A DNA stretch of 64,000 nucleotides from an uncultured Dehalococcoidales bacterium (GCA_964413085.1 CAYPRI010000001.1:719-64718); one strand, 5' to 3'; positions 21,183 to 31,730 are shown, counted from the first letter of the stretch. The notes: generated by a model not told the origin, from the sequence alone. Program-made: numbers and translations.

Positions 21183-21785
21183 GTGAGACTGATAAAAGGA
21201 ATAGTCATGGCTATAGGTGTGATAGGCATTTTGGTTATTTTTGTCCTTCTCATCGGCCTGTACCTTTATACACTTTCTCCCGCAATTCTAGGTAGAGCTA
21301 CACCGGTTAGCTTATCTGCAGATGCGGCTGAAAGCTACGACGAAAAGATCGAGACGGCAGATGCTCAAATAAAGGCAGCCTTCGATGCCAGACAAAAAAG
21401 AGAGATAAGCCTTACGATCACCGAATCGGAGGCCAACTCCAAGTTAAGACAAATGCTGGCAGAGGGCGAGCTGCCATTGAAAGCGATACTCATTAATTTT
21501 GGTGACGGTAACTTTCTGATTTATGGTGTGGTGGATGCACCCGTAATCGATGCTAAGATTGGAATGATCGGGAGCGTTGAGATTGCCGACGGTAAACCAA
21601 AAGTGGTTGTGGACGAGTTCAACCTGGGTAAGCTGCCTTTGCCTCAATCGGCCAAGGTAAGAGCCGAACAAGTAGCAAATATCATATTGAACCTACAAAT
21701 AGCCGGCGTCCCTCTTGATATAACTAGTGTTCAAATTGCGGATCAGGAGATTACTGTTAACGGAACCACACGAACCGGGGAGTGA
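21183..21785 (+). CDS. Hypothetical membrane-anchored protein (N-terminal TM helix).
   Basis: GTG start behind AGGAGG. No recognisable domain. Confidence 0.45.
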   Translation: MRLIKGIVMAIGVIGILVIFVLLIGLYLYTLSPAILGRATPVSLSADAAESYDEKIETADAQIKAAFDARQKREISLTITESEANSKLRQMLAEGELPLKAILINFGDGNFLIYGVVDAPVIDAKIGMIGSVEIADGKPKVVVDEFNLGKLPLPQSAKVRAEQVANIILNLQIAGVPLDITSVQIADQEITVNGTTRTGE

Positions 21786-21793
21786 CGAGCCTT

Positions 21794-23125
21794 TTACTGC
21801 CTGAATGTACCCATCAGATTTTTCGGCAACTTGCCGGAAGCCGCCATTTTAACCAGTTTTTTCATCTGGGAAAACTGATTTAACAATTGATTTACATCAC
21901 CTGAGGAAGTGCCGCTACCCTTGGCAATGCGTCTCCGACGGCTGCCACCGATAATCGTCGGATTTCGACGTTCTTCCGCCGTCATGGAAAGTATTATGGA
22001 TTCAATCTTCTTTAACCGTTCCTCGCTACCGGCCTCAGGGATATCGGGTGCCAGCTTGGAAAAACCAGGGAGCAACTCAACGAGTTGGTTAAGCGATCCC
22101 ATCTTCTTTATCTGCCGCAATTGAAGTAGGAAATCCTCAAGATCCAGCTCGGCCTTCCGCATTTTTTTCTCGAGCTTCTTCACCTGCTCTTTGTCAAAAG
22201 CATCTTCCGCCCTCTCGATTAAAGTGAGGACGTCACCCATACCCAAAATTCGTGAAGCCATCCTATCAGGATAAAAAGGTTCAAGTGCGTTTGCCTTCTC
22301 TCCCGTCCCGATGAATTTTATCGGTACCCCTGTCACCGATTTGATTGAGAGCGCTGCCCCACCCCTGGCATCGCCATCCATTTTCGTCAATATAAGGCCG
22401 GTTAAACCCACCGTCTTATTGAATACTTCAGCCGTATTTACAGCATCCTGACCCGTCATGGCATCAACAACCAGCAAAACTTCCGATGGTTTTAGTTCTG
22501 CCTTCAGCTTAGCGAGTTCTTTCATCATTTCTTCATCAACATGCAATCGGCCCTGAGTATCGACAATGACCCAGTTGGATGCCATCTCACTAGCCTGTTT
22601 TAGTGCACGACGACAAATCGCCAAGGGCCCGGTCTTCTCATCGCCACTGGAAACCGGAATATCAAGCTGTTTGCCCAGGGTCACCAGCTGTTCTATAGCA
22701 GCCGGTCGCCTGGTATCGGCTGCAACCAGCAATGGGCGCTGTCCAGTGCTTTTAAAATGTAGCGCCAATTTGGCTGCAGTAGTTGTTTTTCCCGAACCCT
22801 GCAAGCCAACAAGCATTGCCACCGTGGGAGAATGAGCCGCCACAATAAGAGAATTCCTTTCTTTCCCTAATATGGCTATAAGCTCTTCATTGACAATTTT
22901 TACGATTTGTTGAGCTGGAGTCAGGCTTTCCAGTACCTCGGCCGTCAAAGCCTTATCTTTTACGTTAGCTAAAAAACTTTTTACGACTTTAAAGTTAACG
23001 TCGGCTTCGAGTAGAGCCAGGCGTATTTGGCGCAAAGCCTCATCAATGTCTTTCTCGCCCAGCCTGCCTTTGTTGCCCAGTGCGCTGAATATCTTGCTCA
23101 GCTTCTGAGTTAAAACTTCAAACAT
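21794..23125 (-). CDS. ffh: Signal recognition particle protein Ffh.
   Basis: N, G and M domains (GLQGSGKTTTAAKLA, DTQGR, M-domain methionine-rich tail). Start placed at MFEVLTQKL (23125) rather than the track start at 23167. Confidence 0.9.
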   Translation of the reverse strand: MFEVLTQKLSKIFSALGNKGRLGEKDIDEALRQIRLALLEADVNFKVVKSFLANVKDKALTAEVLESLTPAQQIVKIVNEELIAILGKERNSLIVAAHSPTVAMLVGLQGSGKTTTAAKLALHFKSTGQRPLLVAADTRRPAAIEQLVTLGKQLDIPVSSGDEKTGPLAICRRALKQASEMASNWVIVDTQGRLHVDEEMMKELAKLKAELKPSEVLLVVDAMTGQDAVNTAEVFNKTVGLTGLILTKMDGDARGGAALSIKSVTGVPIKFIGTGEKANALEPFYPDRMASRILGMGDVLTLIERAEDAFDKEQVKKLEKKMRKAELDLEDFLLQLRQIKKMGSLNQLVELLPGFSKLAPDIPEAGSEERLKKIESIILSMTAEERRNPTIIGGSRRRRIAKGSGTSSGDVNQLLNQFSQMKKLVKMAASGKLPKNLMGTFRQ

Positions 23126-23222
23126 GACTTTCCATAGAATTCTACCTACGACTGTCAACGCCGTCAATTGTGATAAAATAAAGCCAGCCTGAAATCGAAT
23201 TAATTGAGTCTACTAAAATAAA

Positions 23223-23987
23223 ATGTTTGAAGCTTCAGCGTTTAGCTTAAATATGTTTCAGCAGTGCCCCAGACAGTATAAATTTCAGTATATCGACCAT
23301 TTAGGAGATATTTACCGAAAAGCACGACCCTATTTCACCATGGGCGACCACATTCATGCCACGCTTAAGGATTTCTTGTCTGTGGTGCCTGTTGGCGAGC
23401 GTAATCTGGTGAAACTAGAAAGCTTACTAAGAGAAAAATGGCGGCGTAACCGTAAAGGATTCAATGATAAAGAGGATGAAAAAAGATGGGGTGAAAAAGC
23501 GCTTAACCAGCTGCGTTGGTTCGCTCAAAATCATGACATGTCTGTTACTCCGTTAATGATAGAAAATAATCACCGCGTCGAACTTACCAGCGATATACTG
23601 CTTAAAGGTAGAATCGACAGGGTGGACCGGGAATCCGATGGCAGCCTTCATATTATTGATTACAAGACGGGTAAGATGCCGGCGGAAATAAATCAGCTTC
23701 AACTAAATATCTACGCGCTTATTCTGTCCAGAAAGCAGCACACTTATCTTAAAAAGGCGTCCTACCTGTATCTAGATGCCGGGAAATGGCAATCCATCGA
23801 GTTAACATCTGAAGGCCTCGAGCAGGCGACTGCCTACGTGGTGGAGATGGTTGACAGGATATGCCAGGAGAAGGAATACCCTGCCACTCCAAATATTTAT
23901 TGCTTCAACTGCGACTTCCTGGAAATATGTCCCCGTAAGGAAGAGGCAGCCAAATTCGGCGCTAAAGAAGATAATCTGGATTTTTAA
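23223..23987 (+). CDS. PD-(D/E)XK-family nuclease, Cas4/AddB-like with a four-Cys (Fe-S) arrangement.
   Basis: N-terminal QQCPRQYKFQY; core IIDYKTGK; C-terminal YCFNCDFLEICPR. Confidence 0.6.
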   Translation: MFEASAFSLNMFQQCPRQYKFQYIDHLGDIYRKARPYFTMGDHIHATLKDFLSVVPVGERNLVKLESLLREKWRRNRKGFNDKEDEKRWGEKALNQLRWFAQNHDMSVTPLMIENNHRVELTSDILLKGRIDRVDRESDGSLHIIDYKTGKMPAEINQLQLNIYALILSRKQHTYLKKASYLYLDAGKWQSIELTSEGLEQATAYVVEMVDRICQEKEYPATPNIYCFNCDFLEICPRKEEAAKFGAKEDNLDF

Positions 23988-24003
23988 ACGGGAATTACCA
24001 GCC

Positions 24004-26577
24004 GTGGTTCCAATCAGGTTAACGTTAAAAAACTTTATGTGCTATAGGGACAATGTGCCTCCGTTGTCCTTCGAGGACATACACGTTGCTTGCCTTTGTG
24101 GTGATAACGGCAACGGCAAATCAGCACTTTTCGATGCCATTACCTGGGCACTATGGGGAAGATCACGGGCAGGTAAAAATCGTGACGATGAACTTATCCA
24201 CCTTGGGCAATCGGAAATGCAGGTTGAACTGGAGTTTAGTTCCGGCGAACGGCGCTACCGTGTTCTTCGTAAACATGCCAGAAAACCAAGCAAGGCACGT
24301 GCGGGACAGACCGTCCTGGAACTTCAAATTGCCAGCAACGGCACTTTTAAATCAGTCTCAGGTAATTCAATACAGGAAACTCAACAGAAAATCATCGACA
24401 TTCTTAATTTGGACTACGAGACATTTAAAAACAGCGCCTTCCTGAGGCAGGGGCACTCAGATGAGTTCAGCGTCAAGGCTCCTGGAGAACGAAAGGAGGT
24501 GCTGGCCAACATTCTTGGATTATCTCACTACGAGGAGCTGGAAAGTATTGCCAAGGAGCGGTCAGCCAATAAGAAGACAGAAGCCGATAGACTCCAGAGT
24601 GGTATTATCGAAATTGACCTGCAACTGGCCGACAGAACAACGATTAAAGATGAGATGGTCAAAATACAGAGTGACATCAAGCAATTGGAAGATAAACGAA
24701 AAACCGAAGAGGCCACAATCGAGAACCTGAATAGCCAAAAAACAGTGTTAGAAATTAAAGGGGAGCAGCTGTTGGATATCGAGAATCGTCTGGATGAAAC
24801 TAAAAAAGAACTAGAGCGTCTTTGGGCAAAAGCCAAGGAGCAGCAGGCTAAGATATCGCAGTACGAAAAAACTATCGTAGAAAAATTAGATATCGAAAAG
24901 AGGTATTTAGAACTGACATCTGTCAAAAAGTTGGACGACGAATTAAATCGAAACCTGAGTCGATTACTTAATTTGAGGGAACGTACAGCTCATCTTGACG
25001 ATGAGATAAAAAAGGCTGTACAGGCAATCATAATCGAACACAAGGTAACACAAGACAGGTTTGTTCAGAATGAGGTTAAATTTGCTACTGTGGCCAATCT
25101 CGAAGAAACGCTCACCCAGGCTCGCAAGGAAGTGCTGGAACTATCAAAGCAGGAACAAGTGCTCTCTAAAAAACGTAAGCAAATACAGCAGGCCGCTTCT
25201 AAAATCAGCCATCTTGAATCTACAAATATAAAACTGCTCGAAGAAATTGCAGATTTGAATGAGATGTTGAAGCTTCTGACTGGAGACGATGTTCGCTGCC
25301 CGCTATGTTTGACCGAACTCGGAACAGAAGGCCGGCGTCAGCTTAAGGCTAAACTCAACTCAGACCTTCAGCAAAAAGAGAAAATCCAGCTAGAAACCAC
25401 TCAGGAAATCGACCGAAGTCGGACAAAGCTGGAGGCGTTGGAGAAAGAATTAGCTGAATGGGAATCAGACCTGAACCGGGAGCGGGCTGAACGACATAGC
25501 CGAGTGAGTATTGTTGGAAAAGAGCTTGCCCTAGCCAGACAGGCTGGCCAGCAGATGATCCAGGAAAAAGAAAAATTGGAAGAACTCGAGCAGTGCCTGG
25601 CAAAAAAAGATTACGCTATTATGGAGCAGCGCACAATGGCGGAACTGGAAAATGAGGTGCAAAGGCTGGAATACAATAAAGAAGAACACGAGCAGCTTAG
25701 ACAACGGCTATTGGAACTGCAAAAATACGAAGATCTGAAGCGAGAACTGGATGAGGCCATAAGAAATATCGATTTGGATAAGTCTATACTGGCCGAAGCG
25801 AAGGAGCTTATTTCCAGACAGCAAGTAAAAATGGAAGCGGACTTGAAGAAGCAAGAGAAGTTGGTAACTGAGCTTTCATCGCTTCCAAGCCTCGGTGAAG
25901 CTTTAGCGAAGGCGGAAGAAGGCCTCCAGGTCTTGCTCCAGAATGAGCGGTCGGTGAGAGATAACATAGCGGCTCTACAGGAAAGGTTGAGGCAACTATC
26001 TGCACTGGAAACGAAAAAGGGAGAGAAATCAGGGCAGTTACAAAAAAGTTTAATTGAAGAAAGCATTTACAGGGAATTGGCTGAGGCTTTTAGTAAAAAA
26101 GGGATTCAGGCGCTACTCATCGAGCAGGCGCTTCCCGAAATCGAGATGGAGGCTAATCGACTTCTGGCTAAGATAACTGATAACAGGATGTCGCTGAAGC
26201 TTGAAAGTCAGAGGGAAACAAAAAAAGGCGAAACTATTGAAACCCTGGATATTAAAATCGCTGATGAACTGGGAACGCGAAACTACGAGATGTATAGCGG
26301 CGGCGAAGCCTTCCGTATAGACCTCGCCCTGCGCATCGCGCTTTCCATGTTGCTGGTCAGAAGAGCCGGCGCTTCCCTCCCGATACTGATCATCGACGAA
26401 GGCTTTGGTACCCAGGACAGCTCGGCCAGGGAAAAATTAATCGATGCCATAAACTCGATTCAGGACGATTTCGAAAAGATAATCATTATTACCCACTTGG
26501 AAGAAATGAAGGACAAGTTCGAGACGCTAATCACCGTGACCAAGACGGCCGATGGTTCCATGATATCGTTAAGCTGA
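24004..26577 (+). CDS. SbcC/Rad50-like SMC-type ATPase with a zinc hook.
   Basis: Walker A GDNGNGKSALFDAI; a long coiled coil with a central CPLC hook; C-terminal signature/Walker B (YSGGEAFRIDLAL...ILIIDEGFG). Start tentatively placed at GTG 24004; the track ORF begins at 23851 inside the upstream gene. Confidence 0.7.
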   Translation: MVPIRLTLKNFMCYRDNVPPLSFEDIHVACLCGDNGNGKSALFDAITWALWGRSRAGKNRDDELIHLGQSEMQVELEFSSGERRYRVLRKHARKPSKARAGQTVLELQIASNGTFKSVSGNSIQETQQKIIDILNLDYETFKNSAFLRQGHSDEFSVKAPGERKEVLANILGLSHYEELESIAKERSANKKTEADRLQSGIIEIDLQLADRTTIKDEMVKIQSDIKQLEDKRKTEEATIENLNSQKTVLEIKGEQLLDIENRLDETKKELERLWAKAKEQQAKISQYEKTIVEKLDIEKRYLELTSVKKLDDELNRNLSRLLNLRERTAHLDDEIKKAVQAIIIEHKVTQDRFVQNEVKFATVANLEETLTQARKEVLELSKQEQVLSKKRKQIQQAASKISHLESTNIKLLEEIADLNEMLKLLTGDDVRCPLCLTELGTEGRRQLKAKLNSDLQQKEKIQLETTQEIDRSRTKLEALEKELAEWESDLNRERAERHSRVSIVGKELALARQAGQQMIQEKEKLEELEQCLAKKDYAIMEQRTMAELENEVQRLEYNKEEHEQLRQRLLELQKYEDLKRELDEAIRNIDLDKSILAEAKELISRQQVKMEADLKKQEKLVTELSSLPSLGEALAKAEEGLQVLLQNERSVRDNIAALQERLRQLSALETKKGEKSGQLQKSLIEESIYRELAEAFSKKGIQALLIEQALPEIEMEANRLLAKITDNRMSLKLESQRETKKGETIETLDIKIADELGTRNYEMYSGGEAFRIDLALRIALSMLLVRRAGASLPILIIDEGFGTQDSSAREKLIDAINSIQDDFEKIIIITHLEEMKDKFETLITVTKTADGSMISLS

Positions 26578-26756
26578 TATCCTAAGTATACAGAAGTCTT
26601 ATTTACTTACGTAACTTTATCTTATCGGGTATTTTGGCCAAAAGTACTACGCCAATCCGCATCAATTCGCTTGATTTAAGCGGAACCAACCACGATAATT
26701 ATGAATCGGTTGCACCACTGAGTAAAACATAACAATCTATCTAAGGAGACCATCAA

Positions 26757-27767
26757 ATGGATGTATTAAAGGAGGGCAAAGGAAAACTGCTTGGCTGGCA
26801 CGACCCGGACGAAGCCCGGGACTGGGTGCTCCAAAATAAGTCCAGGGAACTGAAAGACAAAACCATGTCAGTCAGCGAAGCCGTATCCAGATTCGTTCAT
26901 GACGGAGATTTCATCGCCTCGGGCGGTTTCGGGCATGTCAGAGTTTCTATGGCCATTGTCTATGAAATAATACGACAGAAGAAGCGCAACCTGGCCATGG
27001 CCGGTAAAACCGCGGTTCACGACTTCGACATTCTGGTCGGTTCCGGCTGTGTGAATAAAGCCGAAGTCGCCTATTGCTTCGGCCACGAGTTGAGAGGCCT
27101 ATCTACCGCCTCACGGAGAATGGTTGAAAGCGGGCAATGTAAAGTACTTGCCGAAACCAGCAACGCCGGATATCAGTGGCGATTTCTAGCCGGTATGATG
27201 GGTATACCTTTCATACCTAGCCGCAATTTGCTGGGAACTGATACCGGTGCTTATAGCTCCTGCAAGGTGGTAAAGGACCCCTTCAGTGGCAAGCCGGTTA
27301 ATCTAATTCCGGCAGCTTATCCCGATGTGGCGTTTATCCATGTACACCGCTGTGATATATATGGGAATGCTCAAATAGATGCCATTCTCGTGGAAGACTT
27401 CGAACTTTCTCGATGTGCTCGAAGGCTAATACTTACCACGGAAGAAATCATCAATAATGAAGCCATTAGAGGAGAGCCGTGGCGAACTGCGATTCCGTTT
27501 CTGGTTACAGACGCTGTCGTCAAAGTTCCCTATGGTTCGCACCCATGTGAAATGCCTGGTATGTATTATTACGATGAGGAGCATATTGCCGAATGGCTGG
27601 CCCTGTCCAAAACTCAGGAAGGCGTAGACAAATACTTTGATAAATACGTATTCGGTGTGAATTCTTTCGATGACTATCTTGAGCTTTGCGGTGGTAAAAA
27701 GAAGCTAAACTACCTGAGACGGAGAGAATTGCTACAGGAGCCGATGGTGGCGCCGTGGCGAAAATAG
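26757..27767 (+). CDS. CoA-transferase subunit A (glutaconate/3-oxoacid CoA-transferase family).
   Basis: 336 aa; family assignment from overall similarity. Confidence 0.7.
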   Translation: MDVLKEGKGKLLGWHDPDEARDWVLQNKSRELKDKTMSVSEAVSRFVHDGDFIASGGFGHVRVSMAIVYEIIRQKKRNLAMAGKTAVHDFDILVGSGCVNKAEVAYCFGHELRGLSTASRRMVESGQCKVLAETSNAGYQWRFLAGMMGIPFIPSRNLLGTDTGAYSSCKVVKDPFSGKPVNLIPAAYPDVAFIHVHRCDIYGNAQIDAILVEDFELSRCARRLILTTEEIINNEAIRGEPWRTAIPFLVTDAVVKVPYGSHPCEMPGMYYYDEEHIAEWLALSKTQEGVDKYFDKYVFGVNSFDDYLELCGGKKKLNYLRRRELLQEPMVAPWRK

Positions 27768-27801
27768 CTGTAATGTCAATGCTCAAGGAGGCCAACACGC
27801 C

Positions 27802-28581
27802 ATGCTAACAGAAGGTAGATACAATACCCGGGAATTCTTGGCTTTTACAGGTGCCAGCTTACTCGAAGACAAGAAAACGGTCTTCGTTGGCACCGGCTTC
27901 CCCATCATAGCTGCCATGCTCGCCCAAAAAACACACGCTCCGAAACTGGTCATCGTATTTGAAGCCGGCGGGCTGGGACCCCTTCTGCCTGAATTACCCG
28001 TCTCCGTAGGTGAATCCAGGACGTTTTATAAGGCTATCTCCGCATCAAGTATGCACGATACCATGTCGCTTTCACAGGCCGGATATATCGATTTTGGATT
28101 TCTGGGGGCAGCACAGATGGATATGTATGGTAACATCAACACTACCGTTATCGGCGACCACGACTCCCCTAAAACGCGGCTACCCGGCAGTGGCGGCGCC
28201 AACGACGTGGCTTCTTTCTCTCATAAACTTATTATTATTATCGCCAAGCAATCAAAACGGACATTTGTGGAGAAGCTCGATTTCCTGACCACTCCCGGCT
28301 TCTTAAACGGGCCAATAGCACGGGAGAAGGCCGGTCTACCTCAGGGTACCGGACCATACAGAGTTATCACCCAGCTGGGTTTATACGGATTCGATGACAA
28401 AACTGGTCGGCTCAAGTTAGTCTCGTTGCATCCTGGAGTCAGTATCGATGAGGTACAAGACAACAGTTCATTTGATATCGAGCTACCCCCGACTATTATA
28501 ACAAGCTCTGAACCGAGTGACCGAGACCTGAAAATATTACGGCAGGAAATAGACCCCGCCGGCATCGTTTTGGGAAAGTAG
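27802..28581 (+). CDS. CoA-transferase subunit B.
   Basis: 259 aa; pairs with the upstream A subunit. Confidence 0.7.
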   Translation: MLTEGRYNTREFLAFTGASLLEDKKTVFVGTGFPIIAAMLAQKTHAPKLVIVFEAGGLGPLLPELPVSVGESRTFYKAISASSMHDTMSLSQAGYIDFGFLGAAQMDMYGNINTTVIGDHDSPKTRLPGSGGANDVASFSHKLIIIIAKQSKRTFVEKLDFLTTPGFLNGPIAREKAGLPQGTGPYRVITQLGLYGFDDKTGRLKLVSLHPGVSIDEVQDNSSFDIELPPTIITSSEPSDRDLKILRQEIDPAGIVLGK

Positions 28582-28689
28582 TGACCTCACACCAAGTTAT
28601 CATCCGTTTGACACACAACTGCTTTCAGAGCTAACATATACCCTTGTTCGCCTCAAAAAATGCTGACCAGAAAGGCCTAAGAATTCCCT

Positions 28690-29268
28690 GTGACCGCAAA
28701 GCTATATGAGATTAGATGGCACGGCCGGGGTGGACAGGGAGCTGTAACAGCAGCCAAAATAACTGCTCAAGCTGCGCACTTCAAAGGTTACCGTGGTGTA
28801 ACTGCAGCGCCGTCTTTTGGCGCCGAAAGAAGAGGAGTACCCGTAAGCGCTCTCACCCGCATTTCGACACAGCCTATAGCCGTAGTCTCCCAAGTCGAAA
28901 ATCCAAGCGCAGTTGTAATCCTCGACCAATCGCTTCTTAAATACGAGGATGTAGTAAGCGGCTTAAACAAAGAAGGATGGCTAATAGTTAACTCCTATCT
29001 ACACCCGAAGGAGCTGAAAATCAAAGGCAGCTTCAATATCGCCACTGCCGATGCCACCAAAATATGTCGGGAACTTGGGCTTATGGTAGGCGGGCTGCCG
29101 ATGGTTAATACGGCGATGTTGGGTGCTCTGGCTTGCGCTACCCAAATTGTAGACCTGCCCAATATTGAAAAAGTAATAAGAGAGAGATTCTCAAATAGCG
29201 CAGTAGAAGTTAACGTCGCCGCTATCGAAAAGACATACGAAATAACCAAGCTGGACAGAAAAATATAG
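28690..29268 (+). CDS. 2-Oxoacid:ferredoxin oxidoreductase gamma subunit.
   Basis: 192 aa; gamma-delta-alpha-beta gene order typical of four-subunit POR/VOR/KOR. Confidence 0.8.
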   Translation: MTAKLYEIRWHGRGGQGAVTAAKITAQAAHFKGYRGVTAAPSFGAERRGVPVSALTRISTQPIAVVSQVENPSAVVILDQSLLKYEDVVSGLNKEGWLIVNSYLHPKELKIKGSFNIATADATKICRELGLMVGGLPMVNTAMLGALACATQIVDLPNIEKVIRERFSNSAVEVNVAAIEKTYEITKLDRKI

Positions 29269-29271
29269 AAG

Positions 29272-29547
29272 ATGGGAACCAGAGATTGCAAACATATTTG
29301 CGACGAGTCGTCCCCGGCTATTGGTGAAGCCGGGAAGACGGGCGAGTGGCGCAGCCTGATGCCCGTGATAAACAATAGCAGATGCACGCCAGCCAGACAG
29401 AAGAAACCGTCATGCTTCCTTTGCTGGATGTACTGTCCGGACGCGGTTATCCAAAAGACCATACCTATTAAGATCAATATGGACTACTGCAAGGGTTGTG
29501 GAATATGCAGTCAGGTTTGCCCAGTTCAGGCAATAACTATGGTTTAA
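29272..29547 (+). CDS. 2-Oxoacid:ferredoxin oxidoreductase delta subunit (2x[4Fe-4S] ferredoxin).
   Basis: CxxCxxCxxxCP motif (CKGCGICSQVCP). Confidence 0.8.
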   Translation: MGTRDCKHICDESSPAIGEAGKTGEWRSLMPVINNSRCTPARQKKPSCFLCWMYCPDAVIQKTIPIKINMDYCKGCGICSQVCPVQAITMV

Positions 29548-29551
29548 CAAT

Positions 29552-30775
29552 ATGGCAAAGAAAAACAGTAAAGATGGTATTCGATTGCTGGATGGAAACC
29601 AGGCAGCGGCCGAAGGTGCCAGATTGAGCCGTGTCCAGGTTATTGCCGCATACCCCATAACACCCCAGACGCCACTCACTGAAGAACTCTCAGAATTTGT
29701 GGAAAGGGGGGAGCTTAAGGCTGAATATATAGCGGTCGAGAGCGAACATAGCGCAATGGCAGTATGCACCTCGGCATCTCTGGTCGGTGCCAGAACTTTC
29801 ACTGCCACCAGCGCGCATGGTTTAGCTTATATGCACGAAATGCTTCACTGGGCGGCAGGAGCACGTCTTCCAGTGGTGCTTGCCTGCGTTAACCGCGCAC
29901 TCGGCGCACCCTGGAACATACTAAACGATCAGCAGGACTCCATATCCCAGCGTGACACCGGCTGGATACAACTATACGCCCGCAACAACCAGGAAATCCT
30001 GGATACTATTATCCAGGCGTACAAAATTGCGGAGACTGTGTACATACCGGTTATGGTCTGCTACGACGGATATGTCCTGTCGCACACCGAGATGCCAGTT
30101 GAAATTCCGTCCCAGGCAGTTGTGGACAAATTTCTGCCCCCCTATAAACCCCACACGACACTTGACCCAGCCAATCCTAAGAATTATAACTTGGTTACTT
30201 TGGCTGACCCCAGGATAAACGCTGAGGGAGTTCTTTGCCACGGATATATGGAACTAAGATATTTACTTCAAGAAGCATTGCAGAATTCGACAAAGACAAT
30301 AACCGATGCAGGAAAAGAATTCGGTAAGTTATTTGGCAGGGATTATTCCAGTTTATTTTGGGAAGACGGTGTGGATGGTGCGGATATTGTCATCGTGGCC
30401 ATGGGCAGCCTCGCCATGGAAGCCACGATGACCGCAGACATGCTCAGAGATGAAGGACATAAGGTCGGAGTGCTTGGTTTGAGGGTATTTCGGCCGTTCC
30501 CTAAAGCGGCTCTAGCGAAAGCGCTCCAGAAGGCAGGACTTGTGACAGTCTTCGATAAAAACATCAGTTACGGTTCGGAGGGAGCCACCTGCTCAGAAAT
30601 AAAAGCGGCTTTATATGGAAGTAAATCAAAGGCAGCAATACGAAATTTCATTGTCGGCTTGGGTGGACGAGACGTCAAAGCCAGGGAACTCGCAGATGCC
30701 ATAAGAAACACGCTGCCTTCAATAGAATCAGATGCTTTGAACACCGAGTATCCGGAATGGGTATGTTATATCTGA
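29552..30775 (+). CDS. 2-Oxoacid:ferredoxin oxidoreductase alpha subunit.
   Basis: 407 aa. Confidence 0.8.
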   Translation: MAKKNSKDGIRLLDGNQAAAEGARLSRVQVIAAYPITPQTPLTEELSEFVERGELKAEYIAVESEHSAMAVCTSASLVGARTFTATSAHGLAYMHEMLHWAAGARLPVVLACVNRALGAPWNILNDQQDSISQRDTGWIQLYARNNQEILDTIIQAYKIAETVYIPVMVCYDGYVLSHTEMPVEIPSQAVVDKFLPPYKPHTTLDPANPKNYNLVTLADPRINAEGVLCHGYMELRYLLQEALQNSTKTITDAGKEFGKLFGRDYSSLFWEDGVDGADIVIVAMGSLAMEATMTADMLRDEGHKVGVLGLRVFRPFPKAALAKALQKAGLVTVFDKNISYGSEGATCSEIKAALYGSKSKAAIRNFIVGLGGRDVKARELADAIRNTLPSIESDALNTEYPEWVCYI

Positions 30776-30788
30776 ATGAGGTTAAATC

Positions 30789-31730
30789 TTGAAAATAAAT
30801 GCGGTCAACCTGACTGAGACAGAATATGCGCTACCGGGCAACAGGACCTGCCCTGGCTGTGCACTGGCTTTAGCCTACCGCCATATACTAAAGGCACTGG
30901 ACGGACAGGTTATCGTTACTGTGCCGGCGAGTTGCCTCACTGTGCTACATGGTATGTATCCTATCAGTTCGGTCACCGTACCGTGTGTCAATACGCCGTT
31001 TGCTACCACGGGTGCCTCCGCTACCGGACTGCTGGCCGGACTCAGGGCGACGGGCAGGAAAGGTTTAACCGTTCTAGGTATCGCTGGAGATGGCGGCACC
31101 CATGATATCGGCATTCAATCTCTCAGCGGGGCTGCTGAGCGGCAGGAGGATTTCATCTATATTTGCTATGACAACGAAGGCTATATGAATACCGGCAATC
31201 AGCGGTCAGGTTCGACTCCTTTAGGCGCCATCACAGGAACAACGCCAGTACTGGGTAAGAGACAGAACGCCAAGGACATAGCTGCTATTATGGAGGCACA
31301 TCACCTACCATATATCGCCACTGCCAATGCCTCCTATCCACTGGACCTGTACGAAAAAGTCAGGAAGGCCAAGGATATCAAGGGTACCCGGTTCATACAT
31401 GTTTTTACACCCTGCGCTCCTGGATGGCAATATCCTTACAGCGACACTGTAAAAATCGGGCAGCTGGCAGTAAAGACCGGCCTGGTTGTGCTGTATGAAA
31501 TTCATGACGGCGCATTTCGTCTGACCTCGGCCAGCGCCTCCCTGGCCAGCAAAGGCAAACTGAAGCCGGTTAAAGAATACCTGGCAACACAGGGCAGGTT
31601 CGAAGGTATAACAGAAACGCAGATCTCACAGCTGCAGAACTGGGTAAACACTCGATGGCAGTGTTACCTGGAGAGGCAACGTAACTCCCAGACTGCTACG
31701 AGTGGCACAGAGTCGGAACCTGATATTTAA
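30789..31730 (+). CDS. 2-Oxoacid:ferredoxin oxidoreductase beta subunit (TPP-binding).
   Basis: GDG...N TPP motif (GIAGDGGTHDIG). Confidence 0.8.
   Translation: MKINAVNLTETEYALPGNRTCPGCALALAYRHILKALDGQVIVTVPASCLTVLHGMYPISSVTVPCVNTPFATTGASATGLLAGLRATGRKGLTVLGIAGDGGTHDIGIQSLSGAAERQEDFIYICYDNEGYMNTGNQRSGSTPLGAITGTTPVLGKRQNAKDIAAIMEAHHLPYIATANASYPLDLYEKVRKAKDIKGTRFIHVFTPCAPGWQYPYSDTVKIGQLAVKTGLVVLYEIHDGAFRLTSASASLASKGKLKPVKEYLATQGRFEGITETQISQLQNWVNTRWQCYLERQRNSQTATSGTESEPDI

Noticed and set aside
23851-24003. Long N-terminal extension of the SbcC-like ORF (track start 23851).
   Set aside because: It overlaps the 3' end of the nuclease gene. Homology to the SbcC/Rad50 N-terminus begins at about 24004 (VVPIRLTLKNFMCY).
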